Of a stretch of DNA of 64,000 nt, positions 24,071-31,533 are shown piece after piece. The translations under genes and the position numbers were made by a program. The notes under the pieces were generated by a model, which was not told where the DNA came from, made no database searches, and worked only from the letters and a program-made list of their open reading frames with translations. Origin of the DNA: Erythrobacter cryptus (lineage in GTDB: Bacteria > Pseudomonadota > Alphaproteobacteria > Sphingomonadales > Sphingomonadaceae); assembly GCA_046297575.1 (NCBI GenBank), contig JBKBHR010000015.1, positions 2,664 to 66,663 of the forward strand, in the 5' to 3' direction. The stretch's first letter is position 1; every line of letters begins with the position of its first letter.

Positions 24071-24153
24071 CCCCCCGCCCTCGCCCGCGGCACGGCCCGC
24101 CAGAGGGGTGCGGGGCGCAAGGGACGCGTCAGCCCGCGGCGCACCGGCGGCCT

Positions 24154-24825
24154 TCAGGAGAGCGCGTAATCGCTCACGAAGGCATTGGTCTTGCGCTCCT
24201 GGCCGAAGGTGCTGGTGGGGCCGTGGCCAGGGACGAACAGCACATCCTCGCCCAGGGGCCAGAGGCGCTGGGTGATCGAATTGATGAGGTCCTGGTGGTT
24301 GCCGCGCGGGAAATCGGTGCGGCCGATGCTCCCCTGGAAGAGCACGTCGCCGACGATGGCAAAGCGGCTGGGCGCGTGGAAGAACACCACGTGGCCCGGG
24401 GTGTGGCCGGGGCAATGGATCACGTCCAAGGTGAGTTCGCCCACGCTCACCGTATCACCATGCTTGAGCCAGCGGGTGGGCGTGAAGCTCCTCGCCACCA
24501 TCCCCCAGCGCGCCCCGTCCTCATCGAGCCGCTCGATCCAGAAGCGATCATCCTCGTGCGGGCCTTCGATGGGCAGGCCCAGTTCGTCGGCCAGCATCCC
24601 GGCCTGCCCGCAATGGTCGAGGTGCCCGTGGGTGACAAGCAGCTTCTCGAGCGTCACGCCCGCCTTGGCGACCGCCTCCTTGAGCCTGCCCAGATCCCCG
24701 CCCGGATCGACCAGCGCGCCCTTCATGGTCTTGGTGCACCAGATCAGCGAGCAGTTCTGCTGCAAGGGCGTTACCGGGATGATCGCGGCGCGCATGGGGG
24801 GGAGGGGCTTGGGAGTGTCGGTCAT
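24154..24825 (-). CDS. Metallo-beta-lactamase-fold hydrolase (YcbL/GloC-like)
   Basis: THGHLDH, PGHTPGH, GDVLFQGSIGRTD, PGHG. Confidence 0.92.
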   Translation of the reverse strand: MTDTPKPLPPMRAAIIPVTPLQQNCSLIWCTKTMKGALVDPGGDLGRLKEAVAKAGVTLEKLLVTHGHLDHCGQAGMLADELGLPIEGPHEDDRFWIERLDEDGARWGMVARSFTPTRWLKHGDTVSVGELTLDVIHCPGHTPGHVVFFHAPSRFAIVGDVLFQGSIGRTDFPRGNHQDLINSITQRLWPLGEDVLFVPGHGPTSTFGQERKTNAFVSDYALS

Positions 24826-24862
24826 GTGCGGGATGTGGCGGCTTGATCGTCTCTGCGCAAGT

Positions 24863-25630
24863 TCACAGCTTCGCGATCAGGTCTGTTCGAGCTTTCAAAG
24901 TGTCGATCGCGGCATCGCCATGCTGCAACACGACCTGCCGCACCTTGATCGCATGAGCTTCCAGACTGTGGACCAGCCTTTCGCAGAGCGCCAAGTGCTG
25001 GATTCGGCTGAGCGCTTGCGTTTCCTCGAGCGACGCCTCGCAATGGCTGAGCCACACCGTGATATTGCTCGCGACATCACGAAAAGCCGCATCCATCGGA
25101 TCGGCGCCGCGGCCCCACATCTCGACGATTGCCTTTTCCGAGAAGACTATGCTCTCGCGTTGCTCAGGCAGAGCCGTCCGCAAATAGGCGGTGACATGCA
25201 GAAATCGGTCCCGCTCGCGCAGATCTGCACGTCGCCACGGTCGCTGCTTCTTCATGGGCAATCGACGAAAGGGCGCTGAAGGCTTCAGAAGCGGCGGCTC
25301 GCCTTGGCACTCGTCGCGCAACCGCGCCTCGGTGGCGCGGTCAATCTTGCCCGACCAGTTGTCTGCAAACCATCTGCGAGCGGTCATGTAAGCTGCAATG
25401 AAAGCGGCGATGGAAAGGGCCAAACCCGCCAACGCAGCGTCATCGGCTGCCAGCAATGATCCAAAAACAACCGCCCCGCCGATCAGCGCAACGAGGGCTG
25501 CTACAAGCGCAACCAGAAAAGGTCCGACTTTCCGCCAAATTTGGCGGATGATCCCATCAACCAGCGTGATGATCCTGATCAAGATCCATCCGGCAACTGC
25601 AAGCAGGGCAAGCGCGATGATGATCTGCAT
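24863..25630 (-). CDS. Low-GC orphan membrane protein (about 3 N-terminal TM helices + helical C-domain)
   Basis: 255-aa ORF; visibly lower GC with many A/T-ending codons compared with the flanks; no recognisable motif. Confidence 0.7.
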   Translation of the reverse strand: MQIIIALALLAVAGWILIRIITLVDGIIRQIWRKVGPFLVALVAALVALIGGAVVFGSLLAADDAALAGLALSIAAFIAAYMTARRWFADNWSGKIDRATEARLRDECQGEPPLLKPSAPFRRLPMKKQRPWRRADLRERDRFLHVTAYLRTALPEQRESIVFSEKAIVEMWGRGADPMDAAFRDVASNITVWLSHCEASLEETQALSRIQHLALCERLVHSLEAHAIKVRQVVLQHGDAAIDTLKARTDLIAKL

Positions 25631-25636
25631 TACAAC

Positions 25637-25664
25637 AGGTTAGTTCAAATGCATTGTTTGGCAA
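25637..25664 (-). promoter_or_regulatory. Putative sigma70 promoter giving a leaderless mRNA for the 255-aa orphan
   Basis: Minus strand reads TTGCCA-N16-TAACCT-N6-ATG; no SD upstream of the ATG. Confidence 0.4.
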
Positions 25665-25676
25665 GACATATCCCAT

Positions 25677-26357
25677 TCACACCCGCCCTCCCTTCCACAC
25701 AACCCGGCCAATAATGGCCACCTCCTCGGCCGCGACTTCCACCGGCGGGTAGGCGAGGTTCTGCGAGAGCAGCGCGATGCGCCCCGGCCCGGCGCTGGCG
25801 AGGCGCTTGACCATCAGCGTGTCGCCCAAGCGCACCACGTGGATGCCATCGCGCAAGGGCCGCGGGGTGCAATCGACGAGAATCTCATCGCCATCATTGA
25901 GCAGCGGCTCCATCGAATCGCCCTCGACCCTGAGCGCGGCGAGGCGCGCACGATCGAGCCCCTGTTCAGCGAGCCAGCGGCGCGAGAAGCGGAAGGTATC
26001 GAAAGCGGCCTCATCGCGCGCCACCCGCCCCGGCCCGGCCGAGGCGCCGAGATCGAGCCGGGGGACTTCGACCCACTCGGCGACGCTCTGCCCTCCAGGG
26101 ACTTCCACGTAGGAATTTTCCTGCACCTCGCGCAATTCCGCCTCGTCCACACCGAAGAAGCGGGCGAGGCGGGCGCGGTCCTGCTCCTCGAGCTTGCGGG
26201 GGCTGCCCTTGCGGATGAACTGCTGGAGATAGGAAGGGTTGCGCCCGATCATGTCGGACAGCGCGGCGAGGCTCACGCGGCGCTCATGCGCCAGTTCCAG
26301 CAGCCGCGCGCGCGGGCCGGGAGGGATTGCGCGGCTGGCTGCGGGCGAAGGAAGCAT
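25677..26357 (-). CDS. CI/LexA-like repressor: HTH + S24 peptidase
   Basis: HTH SLAALSDMIGRNPSYLQQFIRKG; Ala-Gly cleavage site (GASAG); catalytic Ser (VEGDSMEP) and Lys (MVKRL). Confidence 0.92.
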   Translation of the reverse strand: MLPSPAASRAIPPGPRARLLELAHERRVSLAALSDMIGRNPSYLQQFIRKGSPRKLEEQDRARLARFFGVDEAELREVQENSYVEVPGGQSVAEWVEVPRLDLGASAGPGRVARDEAAFDTFRFSRRWLAEQGLDRARLAALRVEGDSMEPLLNDGDEILVDCTPRPLRDGIHVVRLGDTLMVKRLASAGPGRIALLSQNLAYPPVEVAAEEVAIIGRVVWKGGRV

Positions 26358-26363
26358 GAAAAC

Positions 26364-26400
26364 ATCCTACACGAAGGATTTTTCCTAGACAAGTAGGAAA
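26364..26400. promoter_or_regulatory. Chain of inverted TCCT/AGGA half-sites: putative operators
   Basis: ATCCT-N6-AGGAT (26364-26379), AGGA-N4-TCCT (26375-26386) and TTTCCTA-N6-TAGGAAA (26381-26400) in the AT-rich gap between the divergent regulators. Confidence 0.6.
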
Positions 26401-26482
26401 TCAGGTGAAACAAAACAGGAACATCGGGCGAATCGCCCGGTGCAGCGCCTTCGATCCGGCAACCAACAGGGACGCAAGAACC

Positions 26483-26686
26483 ATGCTGCTTCGATCCATC
26501 GAAACCTTCCTGCGCGAGCACAAGCTGCCCGCCACCAAGTTCGGGCGCCTCGCCGCCCACGATCCGCGCTTCGTGCTTGACCTCAGGATGGGCCGCACCC
26601 CCCGCCCCGAGACCGAGCTGCGCACCCGCGCCTGGATGCAGGGCTATGCCGACCGCGTCGCCGCCGAGAAGAAGGAGCGCGCCTGA
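26483..26686 (+). CDS. Small Cro-like HTH protein (67 aa)
   Basis: MLLRSIETFLREHKLPATKFGRLAAHDPRFVLDLRMGRTPRPET; divergent from the CI-like gene; SD-like AGGGA upstream. Confidence 0.75.
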   Translation: MLLRSIETFLREHKLPATKFGRLAAHDPRFVLDLRMGRTPRPETELRTRAWMQGYADRVAAEKKERA

Positions 26687-27093
26687 TGCTGACCCAGTCG
26701 CTGCGCGATCCCTTCGCCGATCGCTGGCCCGGCCCGGCGCCGCTCGAGGCCAAGTCGCGCGGGCGGGCCTTGCGCCCCCGCCCGAGCCTTGCCGACCGCC
26801 TGCGCCGCAGCCTGATGCAGCTCACCGCCGGGCACGGCGCCGTGCTCTGCCACGAGGAGCGGGCCTGGGCCTCGATCACCTTTTCGGGCACCCGCCACGA
26901 GATCGTGCTCGAGTTCAGCGGGCCCGAGGCGGTGGCCGCCGGCGAGGAGCTCATCGAGCGCCTGCCCGAGCACGAATTTGCCATTCCCGGCCAATTGGTC
27001 GCCGATGCCAGCATCACCAAGGTCGATCACCGCTTCGGGGCGATCGAGCGGCTCGAGGTGACCTGCGTGCTGCTGCTGCTCGAAGAGGGGTGA
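26686..27093 (+). CDS. Hypothetical protein (WASITF motif)
   Basis: 135-aa ORF whose start overlaps the stop of the Cro-like gene (TGATG); host-like codon usage. Confidence 0.75.
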   Translation: MLTQSLRDPFADRWPGPAPLEAKSRGRALRPRPSLADRLRRSLMQLTAGHGAVLCHEERAWASITFSGTRHEIVLEFSGPEAVAAGEELIERLPEHEFAIPGQLVADASITKVDHRFGAIERLEVTCVLLLLEEG

Positions 27094-27206
27094 GCCTTGC
27101 GAGCAGCCCGGCGGCGCGCTGCCCCCGCGCCGCCAGCGGCCCGCACGCGTGAAGGCGCGCGCCCGCAGGTGCCCTTTGGCAAAGCGGAAGCCTCAGCACC
27201 CGAGGA

Positions 27207-27229
27207 CAAGGCCCCACAAGCGGGCCTTG
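27207..27229. terminator. Hairpin between convergent genes, possible terminator
   Basis: CAAGGCCC-cacaagc-GGGCCTTG; no clear U-tract. Confidence 0.35.
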
Positions 27230-27232
27230 CCA

Positions 27233-28672
27233 TCAGGACATGCGCCGGATCACCAGATTGCGGATCTCGCTCATGTCCTCCATGGCAAAGCGCACGCCCT
27301 CGCGCCCGAGGCCTGAATCCTTGACCCCGCCATAGGGCATGGAGTCCACCCGGTAGCTCGGCACGTCGTTGATGAGGATGCCGCCAACCTCGAGCCGGTC
27401 CCAGGCATCGAACATCTGGAAGAGGTCGCGGGTGAAGATCCCGGCCTGAAGCCCGAATTTGGAGTTGTTGACCTCTTCCAAGGCTTCGTCGAAGCGCTCG
27501 AAGCGCTGCAGGATCGCCAGCGGCCCGAAGGCTTCCTCGTTGCGCGCCTTGGCATCGGCAGGGACATTCTCGAGCAGCGTCGCCTCGAGCATGTTGCCGC
27601 GGCTGAGGCCCCCGCCGCACAGCAGCGTCGCGCCCGCCGCGATCGCCTCGTCGATCCAGCCCTTCAGGCGCCGCGCCTCGCCTTGCGAGATCATCGGGCC
27701 GATGAAGGTTGCCCGGTCCTTGGGATCGCCCGCCACCAGCGTCCTGGTTCTGGCGACCAGCATCGCCTTGAAGGCCTCGTAAACCTCGGCATGGATGAGG
27801 ATGCGCTGCACCCCGATGCACGACTGGCCCGATTGGTAGAAGGCGCCGAAGATCACCCGTTCGAGCGCGTCGGCAAGATCGGCATCCCTGTCGATGATCA
27901 CCGCGGCATTGCCGCCGAGTTCGAGCACCACCTTCTTCTTGCCAGCCTTGGCCTTCAGCTCCCAGCCGACGGCGGGCGAGCCGGTGAAGGAGAGGAGCTT
28001 CAAGCGCGCGTCCTCGGTGAACAGGTCGGCCCCGTCGCGGCTGGCTGGCAGGATCGAGAAGGCGCCTTCGGGCAGCACCGCGCATTCGGCCAGCACCTCG
28101 CCCATGATGAGCGCGCCGAGCGGCGTCTTGGAAGCCGGCTTCATCACGAAGGGGCAGCCCACCGCGATCGCGGGCGCGATCTTGTGCGCGGCCAGGTTCA
28201 AGGGGAAGTTGAAGGGGCTGATGAAGCTGCACGGGCCGATCGGCACGCGCTTCCACATCCCCTGATAGCCGCGTGCGCGCGGGGAGATGTCGAGCGGCTG
28301 CACCTCGCCATAATTGCGCACCGCCTCCTCGGCGGCGATGCGGAAGGTGTCGATGAGGCGGGTGACCTCGCCCTCGGCATCCTTGATCGGCTTGCCCGCC
28401 TCGACGCACAGCGCATGGGCAAGCTCGTCAAAGCGCGCGCGGAAACGGGCAACGCAGTGCATCAGCACGTCCTGCCGCTCGTAGGCGGCCAGCCGCGCCA
28501 TCGGCTCGGCCGCGCGCACCGCCCCGGCGATCGCCTCATCGATGATGTCGGGCGTCGCCAGCGCGGTGCGAAAGGCGATCGCGCCGGTATATTTGTCGGT
28601 GACGGCAAGATCGGTGTTGGGCTGCACCGGCCTGTTGTTGAGATAGAGCGGGTAGGTGTCTTTCAGTCTCAT
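27233..28672 (-). CDS. NAD(P)-dependent aldehyde dehydrogenase
   Basis: ISPFNFP, FTGS, LELGGN, GQSC (catalytic Cys), EEAFGP, PYGGVKDSGLGREG. Confidence 0.95.
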   Translation of the reverse strand: MRLKDTYPLYLNNRPVQPNTDLAVTDKYTGAIAFRTALATPDIIDEAIAGAVRAAEPMARLAAYERQDVLMHCVARFRARFDELAHALCVEAGKPIKDAEGEVTRLIDTFRIAAEEAVRNYGEVQPLDISPRARGYQGMWKRVPIGPCSFISPFNFPLNLAAHKIAPAIAVGCPFVMKPASKTPLGALIMGEVLAECAVLPEGAFSILPASRDGADLFTEDARLKLLSFTGSPAVGWELKAKAGKKKVVLELGGNAAVIIDRDADLADALERVIFGAFYQSGQSCIGVQRILIHAEVYEAFKAMLVARTRTLVAGDPKDRATFIGPMISQGEARRLKGWIDEAIAAGATLLCGGGLSRGNMLEATLLENVPADAKARNEEAFGPLAILQRFERFDEALEEVNNSKFGLQAGIFTRDLFQMFDAWDRLEVGGILINDVPSYRVDSMPYGGVKDSGLGREGVRFAMEDMSEIRNLVIRRMS

Positions 28673-28715
28673 CGGGCATCCTTCCCCCTCGCGCCTGCGG
28701 GAGCGATCCGCGCGC

Positions 28716-30398
28716 TCACAGCTCCTTGCTCAGCCGCTTGATGTCGCGGTTGAGGATCTGGTCGTTCTCGCTGTAATCGACCGGGCAGTCGATGAGGTGC
28801 ACCCCCGGTTCGGCAAGGCAGTGGCGCAACAGATCGGCAAGGTGCTCGGCGCTGGTCACGCGGTGCCCGTTCGCGCCATAACTCTGGGCATATTGCACGA
28901 AATCGGGGTTGCCATAGGTGAGGCCGAAATCCTTGAAGCCCATGTTGGCCTGCTTCCAGCGGATCATGCCATAGGCATCATCGCGCAGGATGAGGATGGT
29001 GAGATTGAGGCCGAGGCGCACCGCGGTCTCCATCTCCTGGCTGTTCATCATGAACCCGCCATCGCCGCAGATCGCCATCACCTTGCGCGAAGGATAGAGC
29101 ATCGCGCTCATCATCGCGCTCGGCAGGCCCGCCCCCATGGTGGCCAGCGCATTGTCGAGCAGCACGGTGTTGGGAAGATAGGCGGCATAGCCGCGCGCGA
29201 ACCAGATCTTGTACACCCCGTTGTCAAGGCAGATGATCCCGTCTTCCGGCATGGCCGCGCGCACCTGCGCCACCAGGTGCGGGGGGAATATGGGAAAGCG
29301 GGCATCACCCGCCAGCGCCTCGGTGTGCGCCAGTTCGGCGGCGCGATATTCGAGCATCCGGCGGAAATCCCACTTGCCCTGGGGGACGATGTCCTCCTTG
29401 ATCTGGTAGATCGCATTGGCGATGTCGCCGATCACCTCGATCTGGGGGAAATAGACCGGATCGACCTCGGCGGTGCGGGTCGAGACGTGGATCACCGTGG
29501 GCGGGCTGTCCGATCCCACCGCGCCCTCGCCATCATTGCGCATGAAGAAGGGCGGCTTTTCGATCACATCGTGGCCGATGTTGACGATGCAATCGGCATC
29601 CTCGATCGCGCGGTGGACGAAATCGCCCGCCGACAGCGCCGCGCAGCCCAAGAACAGCCGGTGGCGTTCATCGACCACGCCCTTGCCCATCTGGGTGGTG
29701 ATGAAAGGGATCCCGGTCTTGTCGATGAACTGGCGCAGCATCCGCCCGCACATCTTGCGGTTGGCCCCGGCGCCGATCACCAGCAGCGGGCGCTGCGCGG
29801 CCTCGATCGCCAGCACCGCCTGGCGCACCGCCTTTTCCTCGGCCGAAGGACGCCGGGCGAGGCTCGCGGCGATCGGGCGGCTGGCGGTGTGCTCCTCGGC
29901 GATGTCCTCGGGAAACTCGAGATGCACCGCCCCGGGCTTTTCCTCCTCGGCCAGGCGGATCGCCTCGCGCACCCGGCTGGGGATGTTGTCGGCGCTCGCC
30001 AGCTGGTGGGTGAACTTGGTGATCGGGGTCATCATCCCCACCACATCGAGGATCTGGAAGCGCCCCTGCTTCGATTTCTTGATCGGCTTTTGCCCGGTGA
30101 TCATCAGCATCGGCATGCCGCCAAGCTGGGCATAGGCCGCGGCGGTGACGAAATTGGTTGCCCCCGGCCCCAGCGTGGCGATGCACACCCCGGTCTTGCC
30201 GGTGTGGCGGCCATAGGTCGCCGCCATGAACCCTGCGCCCTGTTCGTGGCGGGTGAGGATCAGCTTGATCTTGGTGGAATTGGAAAGGCTCTCGAGGAAA
30301 TCGAGGTTTTCTTCCCCCGGCACCCCGAAGATATATTCCACCCCCTCGGCCTCGAGACACGCGATGAACAGGTCCGATGCCTTCTGCAACTTGCTCAT
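28716..30398 (-). CDS. ThDP-dependent acetolactate-synthase-like enzyme
   Basis: IFGVPGEE, TRHEQGAGFMA, GDGGFMMN...N-type ThDP motif. Start at ATG 30398; no ilvH/ilvC nearby. Confidence 0.9.
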   Translation of the reverse strand: MSKLQKASDLFIACLEAEGVEYIFGVPGEENLDFLESLSNSTKIKLILTRHEQGAGFMAATYGRHTGKTGVCIATLGPGATNFVTAAAYAQLGGMPMLMITGQKPIKKSKQGRFQILDVVGMMTPITKFTHQLASADNIPSRVREAIRLAEEEKPGAVHLEFPEDIAEEHTASRPIAASLARRPSAEEKAVRQAVLAIEAAQRPLLVIGAGANRKMCGRMLRQFIDKTGIPFITTQMGKGVVDERHRLFLGCAALSAGDFVHRAIEDADCIVNIGHDVIEKPPFFMRNDGEGAVGSDSPPTVIHVSTRTAEVDPVYFPQIEVIGDIANAIYQIKEDIVPQGKWDFRRMLEYRAAELAHTEALAGDARFPIFPPHLVAQVRAAMPEDGIICLDNGVYKIWFARGYAAYLPNTVLLDNALATMGAGLPSAMMSAMLYPSRKVMAICGDGGFMMNSQEMETAVRLGLNLTILILRDDAYGMIRWKQANMGFKDFGLTYGNPDFVQYAQSYGANGHRVTSAEHLADLLRHCLAEPGVHLIDCPVDYSENDQILNRDIKRLSKEL

Positions 30399-30500
30399 GC
30401 CTTCCCCCCCTTGCCGGCCGAGCCTGAAGTTGCGGCCCGGCGCGCCCCCCCGGCGCTGCCCGGCCGCGCCCACGTGATGGCGCATCACGCGCGGCGAGTA

Positions 30501-30524
30501 TTGCAGAAAAGCGCCAAGCTGCAA
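30501..30524. promoter_or_regulatory. Inverted repeat TTGCAG-N12-CTGCAA overlapping a putative promoter of the ThDP enzyme/ALDH pair
   Basis: Perfect 6-bp inverted repeat; the minus strand also reads TTGCAG-N18-TACTCG. Confidence 0.35.
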
Positions 30525-30546
30525 AACGCCGCGGCGAAAGGCCTAC

Positions 30547-31497
30547 TCAATAGCCCTTGCGCGGGTCGAACAGCGGGGCGAGCGGCTCTCCGGCGAGATA
30601 CTTGCCGAGATTGTCGAGGAAGCGCTCGGCCGAGCGGACGAACATCTTGTCCTGCGCCCGGCCGGAAAGGTGCATGGTGATGTGCGCGTTCTCGAGCGTC
30701 CAGAGCGGGTGATCGGCGGGCAGCGGCTCAGGCGTGGTGACATCGAGAAAGGCGCCGGCAATCGCCTTGGCTTCGAGGGCCTTGACGAGCGCCTCCTGAT
30801 CGATGACGCTGCCCCGGGCGATGTTGACGATCACGCAGTCGCGCTTCATCGCCGCGAGTTCCTCGGCCCCGATCATGCCCTCGGTTTCTGGCGTTGCGGG
30901 CACGGCGAGGATCACCCAGTCGAATTCGCCAAGCCGCGCGCGCCATTCATCGGGGCCGAGCGTGCCCGGCCCGCCCGAACGGCGCACCACGCTCACCGCC
31001 ACGTCGAAGGCCTCGAGCCGCGGCTTGATCAGCCGCCCGATCGCGCCATAGCCTAGGAGCAGCGCCTTCGATCCTGCCAGTTCGCGCTTGCCGGGCGAAT
31101 CGGTCAGCCATTCGCGGGCGTCCTGCGCGCGCACCACCTCGCGATAGCCCTTGGCGATGGTGAGCATCCCCATCACCACATATTCGGCGATGGTAATGGC
31201 GTTGATCCCGGCGCCGTTGGTGACGGTGATGCCGCGCGCGATCAGCACCTCCATGGGCAGGAAATCGAGCCCGGCATAGATCGAATTGAGCCATTTGAGC
31301 CTTGTGGCCGCGCGCAGGGTTTCGGCCATGGCGGCCTGATCGTTCATGTCGAACCAGCCGATCTCGGCATCGGCCACCGCCGCGAGCGCTTCTTCCTTGG
31401 TCATGAACCAGCGCACCTCGAGGCCCTCCGGCAAGCGCGGCTCGAGCAGCGGACGGATGAGGCCGGAAATGGCCAGGATCACCGGGCGCGTGGTCAT
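30547..31497 (-). CDS. D-isomer-specific 2-hydroxyacid dehydrogenase
   Basis: LLGYGAIG, NIARG, AFLDVT.PEPLP, TMHLSG. Confidence 0.92.
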   Translation of the reverse strand: MTTRPVILAISGLIRPLLEPRLPEGLEVRWFMTKEEALAAVADAEIGWFDMNDQAAMAETLRAATRLKWLNSIYAGLDFLPMEVLIARGITVTNGAGINAITIAEYVVMGMLTIAKGYREVVRAQDAREWLTDSPGKRELAGSKALLLGYGAIGRLIKPRLEAFDVAVSVVRRSGGPGTLGPDEWRARLGEFDWVILAVPATPETEGMIGAEELAAMKRDCVIVNIARGSVIDQEALVKALEAKAIAGAFLDVTTPEPLPADHPLWTLENAHITMHLSGRAQDKMFVRSAERFLDNLGKYLAGEPLAPLFDPRKGY

Positions 31498-31533
31498 GGC
31501 TTTGTCCCCTTCATCGCATCCCCCCTTTGGGCC

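Noticed and set aside
24800-27200. Intact prophage around the CI/Cro pair
   Set aside because: There are no integrase, replication, terminase or structural genes and no att-like repeats; the flanks are housekeeping genes.
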